From: a virus
Taxonomy: Duplodnaviria; Caudoviricetes
Direction: 5' to 3' (one strand)
Length of the DNA: 64,000 bases
Virus record (IMG/VR): IMGVR_UViG_3300013121_000022
Span: 32,001 to 96,000 of that record
Shown: one piece after another, positions 10,189 to 19,121 of the stretch
Position numbering within the stretch: the stretch's first letter is position 1
How the letters are laid out: each line of letters opens with the position of its first letter
Made by a program: the position numbers and the translations under genes
The notes under the pieces: generated by a model
What the model was told of the DNA's origin: nothing
Databases searched by the model: none
The model's input: the letters and a program-made list of their open reading frames with translations, nothing else

Positions 10189-10930
10189 ATGCATCTTAGA
10201 AAAAGCGTTCAGCGCATCGTCAAACACTATGGCCCGGGCGACCATAAATCTGGCTCGCCTCAATTGGTTCATAACCCGCATCATTCGAGTGAATCGGACG
10301 ACATTGTTTCTACAGGCGAATCGGTTGGGTATCCAGATATACACGTATCATTCAAAAAGTCCAATCCAAGCGAATTCAAAAAAGCCATACAGTCAACTGA
10401 AAATCGCAGCTCATTTTTAGGTGGATACTCGGAAGACGACTATAAAAAGATGTCGGTGTATCTATCAACTGATGGAAAGACGGGATTTGCAATCAAGCCT
10501 GATGGCGATCTTGTCTCAGTGTTCAACAATGGCGGAGTGAAGGGAGCTGGAAAAGTTGCAATCAAAACTGCTTTGAAGCAGGGCGCAAAAAAACTCGACT
10601 GCTTTGATGGATTTCTACCTAATTTCTATGCCAGCTTTGGTTTCAAAGAAAGTGAGCGCATGAAATGGGACGACCAGTACGCTCCAAAAGATTGGGACTA
10701 TAAGAACTATAACAGACGTTGTTTTTATGGTTGTTGGAGATGAACAAGTGAACAAACAATTGAACAATAAACTAAAACTAAAAATTGAATCAAGATACGG
10801 AAAAGGGTATCTCGATAAATACAGAAAAATGTTCCTAGATCAATTGAATTACATCGAATCTCTTGGTGTTCCAGATAAAATGACTGAACAAGAACTAAAA
10901 GAACTAAGAGAATTCCTTGAAAGCGAATAA
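10189..10930 (+). pseudogene. Tagged GNAT-like cargo protein split by a frameshift near 10713 (ORFs 10189-10743 and 10727-10930)
   Basis: Leader LRKS..IVKHYGPGDH..Q.VH and GNAT-like KGAGK..ALKQGAKKLDCFDGFLPNFYASFGF. The expected continuation (RP)DVVFM appears in the other frame. Confidence 0.65.
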
Positions 10931-10932
10931 CC

Positions 10933-10968
10933 AAAAAGGCCGCACAATAACTCGTGCGGCCTTTGTTT
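10933..10968. terminator. Bidirectional intrinsic terminator
   Basis: AAAGGCCGCAC...GTGCGGCCTTT between convergent genes. Confidence 0.8.
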
Positions 10969-11239
10969 ATAACTCAAACTGATCAAGAACGTTTTGTAAA
11001 CTCTGCTTTTTCTCATTGACTTTCTGGATAAACAACGGAACTTGTTTATCCAGAAAGTTAGACGGATCATTCTTGAGGACAAAATCAATATCGTATCCTA
11101 AAAGATGAAACTTGAGTTGATATTGATTCAAGATTTGATACATCGATTGAGGATCGATGCCTTCAATCATGGCGAGAAATTGACATTGACTCGCCAGATC
11201 AACAAATTGTTGAATACCTTGAAAAATGTCTCTATTCAT
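10967..11239 (-). CDS. Hypothetical protein
   Basis: ORF co-oriented with and downstream of rtcB. Confidence 0.55.
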   Translation of the reverse strand: MNRDIFQGIQQFVDLASQCQFLAMIEGIDPQSMYQILNQYQLKFHLLGYDIDFVLKNDPSNFLDKQVPLFIQKVNEKKQSLQNVLDQFEL

Positions 11240-11244
11240 TGTCT

Positions 11245-12432
11245 TTAGTCCTTATATGGATCAAATTCATCATTTCCGGCCATGCACACGATCAACGGGC
11301 GCAACACATTCGTTACCCGAATAGTGTCAGCATGTTGTTGAATTACATTGTACAAACGCTTGTAGCAATGAGGCGATTCATCAACATCGCCGCCCCGACG
11401 AATAACCCCCAATGAATTTACCCATTCATCCATCATTGACTGAGTAACCAATCCCTCTGACTTGCGTTGACCTGTCTTGCGATCAACCTTACCTTTAGCC
11501 TGAGTACGACTCATTACTCGGCCAGCACCATGCATTGTGGAATAAAATCCGGCAGCTGATTGGCTAGATTCCACTCCCTCTAAAATCACTGAGTGTTCCG
11601 CCATTGTCGCACCGACAAAGCCTGCCTGATTTGGAAATGCCGGAGTAGCACCCTTACGAACTACGATCAATTCTTCTCCGCCATGAATTTCCTTCCAAGC
11701 AAAGTTGTGGTTGTTATGAATTGATCGTTCAATCTGTCCGCCGATCAAGTCAGTAACCGCCTGACAAACCCAATCGCGTCCGGCATAAGCATATAATCCG
11801 GCTAATTGCATAGCATCCCAATAGTCCTGACCGATTTGAGACTCAAGAGTAAAAACGACTGGTTCAGCATCAATCGAATCAATGGCATTAGCCGCCTTCA
11901 AAAAATACGTGGCTAACTTGTGTCCAAGTCCGCGTGATCCAAAGTGAACTCCAACCCAAATCGAATTGTCCGAGTCATCTACAAATACATCAACGTAGTG
12001 ATTGCCAGACCCGACTGTGCCAAGTTGAGATTGAGCCAAGTGCTTCAATAACTTAAAGGGTTCATCGTTCCAGATCGACAGGTCAAACAGCGGACTATCA
12101 ACCGAAACGTTGTTTGGGCGTCCAACACCAAACGATACAATCCGACGAATTTCATCGGCCAGCGTTTCCAGCGAAACTGATTCGAGCAATTCTGATAAAG
12201 TGACATTCAGGCGCACCGCTTTGTTTCCACATCCGATGTCGTAACCAACTCCCGTTGGGCTAACGGCATTTCGATAAGCAATAACTCCGCCGATTGGAAC
12301 ACCGTAACCTTGATGAGCATCACCCATCAACGCCGTTCCGACAACGCGTTCATGCTGACCTGCTTTGTCGATTTGGCGCAAAGCACCTTCCTCAACTCCA
12401 TATGGATTGTACAAAATTCTAAGTTTTGACAT
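11245..12432 (-). CDS. rtcB: RtcB family RNA ligase
   Basis: DAHQGYG.PIG, VGYDIGCG, GTVGSGNHY, VHFGSRG, HNFAW, RKGATPA, HGAGR, DESP..YK; start chosen at MSKL after a purine-rich leader. Confidence 0.95.
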   Translation of the reverse strand: MSKLRILYNPYGVEEGALRQIDKAGQHERVVGTALMGDAHQGYGVPIGGVIAYRNAVSPTGVGYDIGCGNKAVRLNVTLSELLESVSLETLADEIRRIVSFGVGRPNNVSVDSPLFDLSIWNDEPFKLLKHLAQSQLGTVGSGNHYVDVFVDDSDNSIWVGVHFGSRGLGHKLATYFLKAANAIDSIDAEPVVFTLESQIGQDYWDAMQLAGLYAYAGRDWVCQAVTDLIGGQIERSIHNNHNFAWKEIHGGEELIVVRKGATPAFPNQAGFVGATMAEHSVILEGVESSQSAAGFYSTMHGAGRVMSRTQAKGKVDRKTGQRKSEGLVTQSMMDEWVNSLGVIRRGGDVDESPHCYKRLYNVIQQHADTIRVTNVLRPLIVCMAGNDEFDPYKD

Positions 12433-12479
12433 TGTTGTCTCTCTTTCTGGATGGATTTTAGTACATATACCAAAATATG

Positions 12480-12998
12480 TCAAGAATTATTCTTAGACTT
12501 GCTTCGGTAGAAGTAAAAGCAAAACGGAGGATTTTCCAACATCTCGGCAACCAGTGTTTCCGCTTGCTCGCCATATTGTCTTTTGATGGCCTGCTTGAGA
12601 GACTCGTTTGATCGTGGTTGCAGACGATCATCCAGTTTGATTACATCTACTCCGCAAATATCCACTGGCAGATTGAACTTGAACAATGCATAAAAATCTT
12701 TAGCGTAATGCTGATACCACGTTGGGAACATTTTCGATTCCGGCAAACCGCTTGCCTTCCCAAAGTAATCGATCATGCGACTGATCTCAGATTCGATATA
12801 CTCTAAGTTTTCAATAACATAATCGGGCAGACCACACAACATACCCGATTCGATGTTATGAAGTAGTTTTCGCTTGTCTTGGGCAAAGGTGTACTTGGAG
12901 TTTGGAACAATAAATTTTTTGCCGGATGCCTCTCGTGTTTCTACCTTGCCATTCGGATAGATTGAAAGCGTCTTGAATTTCACGTTAGTCCTCATCAC
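12480..12998 (-). CDS. Hypothetical protein
   Basis: ORF between the ligase and rtcB. Confidence 0.55.
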   Translation of the reverse strand: MMRTNVKFKTLSIYPNGKVETREASGKKFIVPNSKYTFAQDKRKLLHNIESGMLCGLPDYVIENLEYIESEISRMIDYFGKASGLPESKMFPTWYQHYAKDFYALFKFNLPVDICGVDVIKLDDRLQPRSNESLKQAIKRQYGEQAETLVAEMLENPPFCFYFYRSKSKNNS

Positions 12999-14148
12999 TC
13001 TGTGAGTTCGGTTTGTAAATCAACTGATTCAATAAACATTCTTTCGGATACTTGTCCGTTCGTCCGCCACGCCAGCGCGGTTGAAACAGATTATTAGTTT
13101 CGGGATTGGCATACAAATAACGCACCTGACCAACCGATCCAATGGGCGGCATTTCGTATTTGACTGAGATCGATGTGTTGCCCACAAAAACAAGTTTGCC
13201 CGTAGAGTCATTCAGCCACATACTGACACTACGCTTGCCCGAACGACTTTCGCCAACGATGACATCGGCCTCTTTTACAAACTTGTACTTGAACTGATCG
13301 CCGCCTGAATTTGGCTTGCCAGCAGTATAAGGCGCATCGATTCGTTTGAATACAACCCCTTCCTCTGCGGAATACATCAATCCATTGTCGTCATACACAA
13401 CCCGACTGGCATTCTCGAATGCATTCAATTTTTCTTGCGTCGAGAAATACGCGTGAACATAATCGACATTCTTGTAGTTCTTGTGAAACAACCGAATAAG
13501 GGCATCGTATCGTTGTCCGAATCCATAAGATCGTAAATCAATATCACCGTACTTAAGCAAATCGAATACGTAATAAAATGCACTGACATCTTCACCGTCA
13601 ACTAACAAATGACTGGTCAACCCGAATGTTGCCAGATGATTTAGATCGGCCTGTATTTCTCTGGCGCATTCCGTTAGCAGACCTTTCTTGTTGATCCCAA
13701 AAGTTCCATGACTCGCATCATAATCAATCAGTAAGCGCCGACCATCCTTTTTGAATTGCATCGCATACTCAGGATTGCGACACAAGTCTAAGGCTTGTTC
13801 GTATTCAATTTCATTCAAGAGCTGCGGATAAGTCTGAGGCGGAACGATCCCGATAATTTTTCCGGCACTGTCAGCGATTGGAGTTGACTGAGGGGCGTAT
13901 CCAGAAATCGCCATTGGCAGATAACCCTCTTTGCGTTTCTCGGTTTCTTTAGCGTCGTAAAGTTTTATCGCCTGATCATACGGAACATTTATTGCCACGT
14001 CCCGTCGAGTTAAAGTCCCACCGTGTCGGCCATTGCGAGTTACAACGTTCCATTTTCCGGCAACAGCAGACTTCTCAAGAACGATCTCGAAGTCTTTATT
14101 CGATGTACCCGACTCAAAATGAAGCATAATACTTTTTGGTTCGTTCAT
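12985..14148 (-). CDS. WGR-domain ATP-dependent DNA ligase-like nucleotidyltransferase
   Basis: N-terminal GTSNKDF..VVTRNGRHG (WGR-like); motif I KKDGRR, VDGE, YVFDLL, EGVVFK, YK.K; C-terminal OB-like region. Confidence 0.85.
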   Translation of the reverse strand: MNEPKSIMLHFESGTSNKDFEIVLEKSAVAGKWNVVTRNGRHGGTLTRRDVAINVPYDQAIKLYDAKETEKRKEGYLPMAISGYAPQSTPIADSAGKIIGIVPPQTYPQLLNEIEYEQALDLCRNPEYAMQFKKDGRRLLIDYDASHGTFGINKKGLLTECAREIQADLNHLATFGLTSHLLVDGEDVSAFYYVFDLLKYGDIDLRSYGFGQRYDALIRLFHKNYKNVDYVHAYFSTQEKLNAFENASRVVYDDNGLMYSAEEGVVFKRIDAPYTAGKPNSGGDQFKYKFVKEADVIVGESRSGKRSVSMWLNDSTGKLVFVGNTSISVKYEMPPIGSVGQVRYLYANPETNNLFQPRWRGGRTDKYPKECLLNQLIYKPNSQSDED

Positions 14149-14186
14149 TGTTAATTTATCTCTCTCGGATGAAATCGCTAATCTGT

Positions 14187-14546
14187 TTATTCGGCATCAA
14201 AATCAAGCTTACCCCGCCGAATCAAATCATCCCATTCGGGAATATCCAATTGATTGGCAACAGCATCAATCTGCATGATGGGAATGTGACGTTCAATCAG
14301 AAAGACAAAATTTTTCAACTCTTGCAATGTCACATGTCCGCCTCCATCAATTCGATCTGCTACTTTGGCAAGGGGCGGGATAATACTCATTTTTCCAAAC
14401 AGATAGGGATTGATGACACCAAGATTGACATAGGCATCGATGTCTGTATCACCCACTGCTTCACTTTCAATGCTTTTTGTCTTTTGGGCACATGTCAAAA
14501 GATTCCGAATCAAGGTATCGGCCTGTGATTGAGTAAGTGTTGTCAT
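14187..14546 (-). CDS. Hypothetical protein
   Basis: ORF with upstream GAAGGG RBS in the - strand operon. Confidence 0.55.
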   Translation of the reverse strand: MTTLTQSQADTLIRNLLTCAQKTKSIESEAVGDTDIDAYVNLGVINPYLFGKMSIIPPLAKVADRIDGGGHVTLQELKNFVFLIERHIPIMQIDAVANQLDIPEWDDLIRRGKLDFDAE

Positions 14547-14547
14547 T

Positions 14548-14860
14548 TTATCCCTTCAGAATCGCCAGAGCTGTGGTGTATCGATAAACTTGGGACGGGC
14601 GCAGTGTTGCACGATGATCTAAATAATCAGTGAGATCGGCAATCTTGATCGGCGCAGACTCAGTTGGCTTTAGAGATCGAATGTAATCAAAATATCGAAC
14701 ATCTTCATTACGAGTCACGATTTGAACTAAAGCCAAGACCCGTTCTCCAAACTTATCACGAATAAGATGAGGCACGATATTATTTGAAAGATCGTCCTCA
14801 ATTGTGTCGTGCAAAATGGCGTGCGGCAAAAATTTTTGATCTCTCTAAAATGTTATCCAT
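14548..14860 (-). pseudogene. RelA/SpoT(MESH1)-like HD hydrolase with an internal deletion and frameshift
   Basis: ATG at 14860 reads MDNILERSKIFAA, joined out of frame to AILHDTIED..IKIAD; the usual H..Q.RK..PY..H segment is missing. Confidence 0.65.
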
Positions 14861-14866
14861 GCCAGT

Positions 14867-14895
14867 ATTGTAATACCGTTTGAAGTAAACGTCAA
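14867..14895 (-). promoter_or_regulatory. Promoter of the repair operon (leaderless start at 14860)
   Basis: TTGACG-17-TACAAT ending 6 nt before the ATG. Confidence 0.65.
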
Positions 14896-14929
14896 TACCA
14901 TTATTCTAGGTAGTGTCCCTTGATTTCAT

Positions 14930-14958
14930 TTGACAGAATATTACATACCTATTAAACT
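14930..14958 (+). promoter_or_regulatory. Promoter of the head-assembly operon
   Basis: TTGACA-17-TAAACT. Confidence 0.65.
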
Positions 14959-14989
14959 GAACTCAATAAAAATACAGCCGGACATTCAC

Positions 14990-15023
14990 GCCGCAAATTC
15001 TCTTAGAGAGTTTGCGGCTTTTT
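14990..15023 (+). terminator. Terminator-like hairpin in the 5' leader of the protease gene
   Basis: GCCGCAAATTCTC-TTA-GAGAGTTTGCGGC followed by TTTTT, between the promoter and the ATG. Confidence 0.55.
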
Positions 15024-15035
15024 CGTTAATGGACT

Positions 15036-16010
15036 ATGACATCAAAACAAGAATTGATTAAAAACATAACCGCACAAATTGCAAGCCTGCTCGACAAAGG
15101 ACTTGAGACATCAAATCTTAGTCAAGGTGGCATGTTGAATTCGGCACAACTTGTTTTGCCAAAGTCGGTTGATGAATTGCCCGACTCAGCAAAAGAAGAA
15201 TTTATTTCAGTGTACAAATCAACAGACGGTGGGGAAGAAACAAAACTCTCCACTGCATGGAAGGCAGTCAAGCGCAAGTGGAAAAAAGTTGAACCCGAAG
15301 ATTCGGAAGACGAAGAATCTGCCGATCACGAACAGGGTGAAACTCCCGACGAAGAAAAAACCGAAGACGAGAATGGCAAGAAAAAGAAAAAGCCGTTCTG
15401 GATGAAAAAAGATGTCTTAGGGCCAATCGTTGGCGATGTTGATCAGTTGCGTCGTCAGTTGATTACAGATGGCTACCCCGAAGCGGCAGAAGAAGTTCAG
15501 ATGGTTGCTGACTCTGGATGGACAATGCCTCTCGCTTTAGACTCAATCCCTCATGGATACAGGGAAACAATTTCGGAGCGATATTTTCATGCTCGCAAGG
15601 ACTTGACTGAAAACGCCGACGAAGCGTTTGAAGTTCAAGTTGCTTTCAAGGCATTGCTTGATGAGCGCAAGATTACTTATGGGGTTGTGTATCCAGCCAA
15701 TGAGGTTGATTTGCAGAAAGAATGGGCGACGGAAAATGTAATTGAAAACGCCGCGCATAATTTCATGGCAAATTACCGACAGCACGACACCTTCCACAAC
15801 GAACGTGCTGGAGCAGGCGTACCCGTTGAATCGTTTATCGCGCCATGCGATATAACCGAATTTCACGGCAAGCGTCTAACTCCCGATCAAGTTATCAAGA
15901 AAGGTTCGTGGATCATGGCAACGAAGTGGAACGATGATACTTGGAACTTGGTCAAGAGCGGAAAGATTAAAGGTTACAGTATCGGCGGATTCAAACGAGT
16001 TCGGAGATAA
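15036..16010 (+). CDS. ChaB domain plus XkdF-like prohead serine protease
   Basis: ChaB-like ELPDSAKEEF..AWKAVKRKW; XkdF-like YGVVYP..D.Q.E..IENAAHNF..H..VESFI..KGSW..GKIKGYSIGG. Confidence 0.85.
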   Translation: MTSKQELIKNITAQIASLLDKGLETSNLSQGGMLNSAQLVLPKSVDELPDSAKEEFISVYKSTDGGEETKLSTAWKAVKRKWKKVEPEDSEDEESADHEQGETPDEEKTEDENGKKKKKPFWMKKDVLGPIVGDVDQLRRQLITDGYPEAAEEVQMVADSGWTMPLALDSIPHGYRETISERYFHARKDLTENADEAFEVQVAFKALLDERKITYGVVYPANEVDLQKEWATENVIENAAHNFMANYRQHDTFHNERAGAGVPVESFIAPCDITEFHGKRLTPDQVIKKGSWIMATKWNDDTWNLVKSGKIKGYSIGGFKRVRR

Positions 16011-16012
16011 AT

Positions 16013-16921
16013 ATGACGAACAAATTAACTAAAGACGATCCAGAAGCGAAAGAGCTTACACACTTAGATGTTCAATTTGTAAGTGCAGTTGGTAATCCAG
16101 CTACTGGAAAGGACTTCTTACTTTACAAGTCGAAAGACAAAGAGGCACACAACATGAGTGATAAACTTACAGCCGATCAAGGCGTCTTTAAGGAATTTGG
16201 ACGCAAGCTTGCTCAGGCATTTGGCGTTGAAACCGTTGACGAAAGTTTGGCGGAAGCAACTCAGCATCTTGCTGAAATTGCAGCTAAGGCCAGCGGACGC
16301 GCACCAGCTGATGATGCAGGCAATGGTCGTAATCCAAACTATCCCAACCCACCCTATGCGAAATCTCAGGGTATTCCAAATTCAAATGGCGCAACCGCGT
16401 CAGTTGGTAGTTCCGCTCCGGGAACAACTATGAAGCAACAGGCTGAAATTGTACAGGGCAACCCAGCTTTCAATTCCAGCATGAGCGATGTAGTTTCGGG
16501 ACAACCAGTTACAAAAGACGCAATTCAGGAATTTTTGAATCGTGTCGAGAAATCAGCAATCAACCCAAGCGCACTGGAAACAGCTCGTGAAGCTTTGGAA
16601 GCGGCATTCAATCCTGCGCCGGAGGAAACACACATGACATCCGAAGAAGTTAAAGAACTTGTCCTCAAAGCACTCGATCCAATCATCGAGCAAGTTGAGG
16701 AACATGATGAAACAATTACAACCCTTAAGAGCTCGACTGATTGGGAAGCGAAATACAACGAGCTGTTGTATCGCGTCGATGCACTTGAAGCTACCTTCAA
16801 GAATGCAGATGGCACACGCAAAGTTGCAAAAAGTCGTGTTCCGCCTGTCACCGAACCCGTAGCGAAGTCCAGCGGTGTTTGGGCAGGTTCGCCGTTTGAC
16901 ATCTCGGAAGATTTGCTGTAA
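16013..16921 (+). CDS. Capsid scaffold protein
   Basis: N-terminal LDVQFVSAVGNPA..FLLYKS, many Lys-Ser/Ala sites, C-terminal coiled coil; between protease and capsid. Confidence 0.7.
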   Translation: MTNKLTKDDPEAKELTHLDVQFVSAVGNPATGKDFLLYKSKDKEAHNMSDKLTADQGVFKEFGRKLAQAFGVETVDESLAEATQHLAEIAAKASGRAPADDAGNGRNPNYPNPPYAKSQGIPNSNGATASVGSSAPGTTMKQQAEIVQGNPAFNSSMSDVVSGQPVTKDAIQEFLNRVEKSAINPSALETAREALEAAFNPAPEETHMTSEEVKELVLKALDPIIEQVEEHDETITTLKSSTDWEAKYNELLYRVDALEATFKNADGTRKVAKSRVPPVTEPVAKSSGVWAGSPFDISEDLL

Positions 16922-16954
16922 TTGCTCACCAACAAAGGATAAGGTAACTATACA

Positions 16955-17932
16955 ATGGCTATGACACCAGAAGAAATTCAGAAACTTGCAGAAGAAATGA
17001 CCCTTCGCAAGTCTTTGCAAACAAGCAACTTGGTTAATGGTGGTTTATTGAATCCGGCGCAAGCTGATGCATTTATCACCTATATGTTCGAGTTGACTGT
17101 GTTGACCAAGCTCCGCTTGATCCGCATGACAACTCCAAAGCAGGACATCGACAAGATCGGTGTTGGTACACGTTTGCTCCGCAAGGCAAGCGAAATGACC
17201 ACTGTTTCCGACTCCACAACGTTTACGTTGGGTAAGGTTCAGTTGGTTACTCAGAAATTGGTATTGCCCTGGGATATTTCCCGCGATACCTACAAATCAA
17301 ACATCGAACGCTCAGGCGTTGCTGATACGGTTCAGCGATTGATGGCTATTCAGGCCGGAAACGATGTTGAAGATTTAGCTATCAACGGTGATACCGCGTC
17401 CGGCGATTCATTGCTATCGGCTAACGATGGTTGGTTGAAGTTGGCAAAGGCATCCGCCGATACCGTTCAGATCATGGCATCTGGTTCTGGTATTTCAAAG
17501 GCGTTGTTCAGTCGAATGATCAAGGGCTTGCCCAACAAGTTCAAGACTCGTCGTTCAGAATTGCGCTTCTATGCCGCACCGAACATCGTTCAGGATTACG
17601 TCGATCAATTGTCAGATCGCGAGACACAATTGGGCGATAGCTTGATCCAAGAAGGCGCTCGTGCAATGGTCTTTGGTATTCCGTTGATCGAAGTTCCATT
17701 GATCCCAACCGATACCGCTGGTACATACGTTGGAGCAACCGGAAACCACTCCGATGTTATCTTGACCTTCCCTGAAAACTTCGTAACTGGAGTTTTGGAA
17801 GACATCGTAGTGTTCCACTGGTTCAATGCTCGTAAAGACGCGCATGAATTTACCATGTACGTTGAAACAGATTACCAGTGGGAAAACTTGCAGGCAGTTG
17901 TTCTACTGCGAGATACCAAAGTATTAAGCTAA
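16955..17932 (+). CDS. Major capsid protein (HK97 fold)
   Basis: GGLLNPAQADAF, DKIGVGTRLL, NDVEDLAINGD, DGWLK; strong RBS, followed by a terminator. Confidence 0.9.
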   Translation: MAMTPEEIQKLAEEMTLRKSLQTSNLVNGGLLNPAQADAFITYMFELTVLTKLRLIRMTTPKQDIDKIGVGTRLLRKASEMTTVSDSTTFTLGKVQLVTQKLVLPWDISRDTYKSNIERSGVADTVQRLMAIQAGNDVEDLAINGDTASGDSLLSANDGWLKLAKASADTVQIMASGSGISKALFSRMIKGLPNKFKTRRSELRFYAAPNIVQDYVDQLSDRETQLGDSLIQEGARAMVFGIPLIEVPLIPTDTAGTYVGATGNHSDVILTFPENFVTGVLEDIVVFHWFNARKDAHEFTMYVETDYQWENLQAVVLLRDTKVLS

Positions 17933-17957
17933 CCATTAATACCTGATACTACAAGCC

Positions 17958-17997
17958 GACAGGCGACGATCTAAACAGTCGTCGCCTGTTTTGTTTC
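17958..17997 (+). terminator. Intrinsic terminator after the capsid gene
   Basis: ACAGGCGACG...CGTCGCCTGT followed by TTTGTTT. Confidence 0.8.
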
Positions 17998-18032
17998 CCC
18001 GTATAAAGAGCGCCAGATAAACGAGATTTATC

Positions 18033-19121
18033 ATGCCCATTCGCCAGCGTATTAGATCGATCCTTGTCAAACATTTAGCTGGACAACACGATCAATTAAC
18101 TCATGACCCAACTCCCGATTGGGATGCTCAGGATTCCAAGTTTGAATACGAAGTGGTTTCACACACCAGTGCAGTCAATAAAGACTTGCTAGATTGGCGC
18201 GATCAAATTGGTAAAGTAATGAGCAAATTTAATCAGCGGTATGACTTTGAAAGATTTTTTGGATTCCGTCCAAATCGAGACGACCTTGATCAACTGGATG
18301 AATCGGCCACTATTCAGTACAACGCAGTGACTTTTCTATTAAATCGATCCGGTGGATCGTTGCAAGACGACTTTCAAACAGAAAAAACCATTGTTGAGTC
18401 TCGGCTACAGCAAGCACAAGATGCGTTAGACAACGCAACTTTCAAGACTGATGAATATCGCAAGATTTGGAAAAAAGCAGATCAAGAATATGAAGATTAT
18501 GATGGGGACGATGAATACACCATTAATGTACTCAGTCGTCGAGTGAGCGATGCCAAGTATAATTTTGAAGAATATGAAGACTACCAAAAAAGCTACGAGA
18601 ACGATCTTGAGGAAGTGCAGAATGAACTCGACAACCTTGAAACATCTTGGGAGGATGGTACATATGCAAAGGATCATGACAGCGCCTACAATGAAGCTGT
18701 GGCATCAACTTATCGAGATTCGAGTGGTATACTACAAGCGTTTGCAGTATTTTCTGGAAAACCCGAACCCAATGGCGAGTGGTATATGGAATTTATGTCT
18801 GTAGCTCCCTGGAACAATCCTAATGCCAGTCGCATTCGAGACGAGGAAACAGGTAAGCGAGTAAACATTGATCGTCAAATCGAAAATCTTTTTGGTCACA
18901 AAAAAGACGCAACTGCTTCATTGAAATTGGCTTTGAAAATATGCAAAGATGCGGTAAAATCAAATTCAACTCTCAGGTTTCAGCCAGCCACAGATCAAGT
19001 TCAAAAGCTGTATGAATTCGTGGGCGCAAAAGTTGTCGGGCGTGAGGAAAACATGCCAGTGATGACATGGGACGTTAATTCTATGAAGAAATTCATAGAG
19101 AACTACAAAGGGAATTCCTAA
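18033..19121 (+). CDS. Tagged cargo protein with acidic coiled coil and C-terminal GNAT-like domain
   Basis: KHLAGQHDQLTH at 18069. RDSSGILQAF..YMEFMSVAPW..LYEF.G..W..MKKFI resembles the GNAT in ORF 16-1290. Confidence 0.65.
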   Translation: MPIRQRIRSILVKHLAGQHDQLTHDPTPDWDAQDSKFEYEVVSHTSAVNKDLLDWRDQIGKVMSKFNQRYDFERFFGFRPNRDDLDQLDESATIQYNAVTFLLNRSGGSLQDDFQTEKTIVESRLQQAQDALDNATFKTDEYRKIWKKADQEYEDYDGDDEYTINVLSRRVSDAKYNFEEYEDYQKSYENDLEEVQNELDNLETSWEDGTYAKDHDSAYNEAVASTYRDSSGILQAFAVFSGKPEPNGEWYMEFMSVAPWNNPNASRIRDEETGKRVNIDRQIENLFGHKKDATASLKLALKICKDAVKSNSTLRFQPATDQVQKLYEFVGAKVVGREENMPVMTWDVNSMKKFIENYKGNS

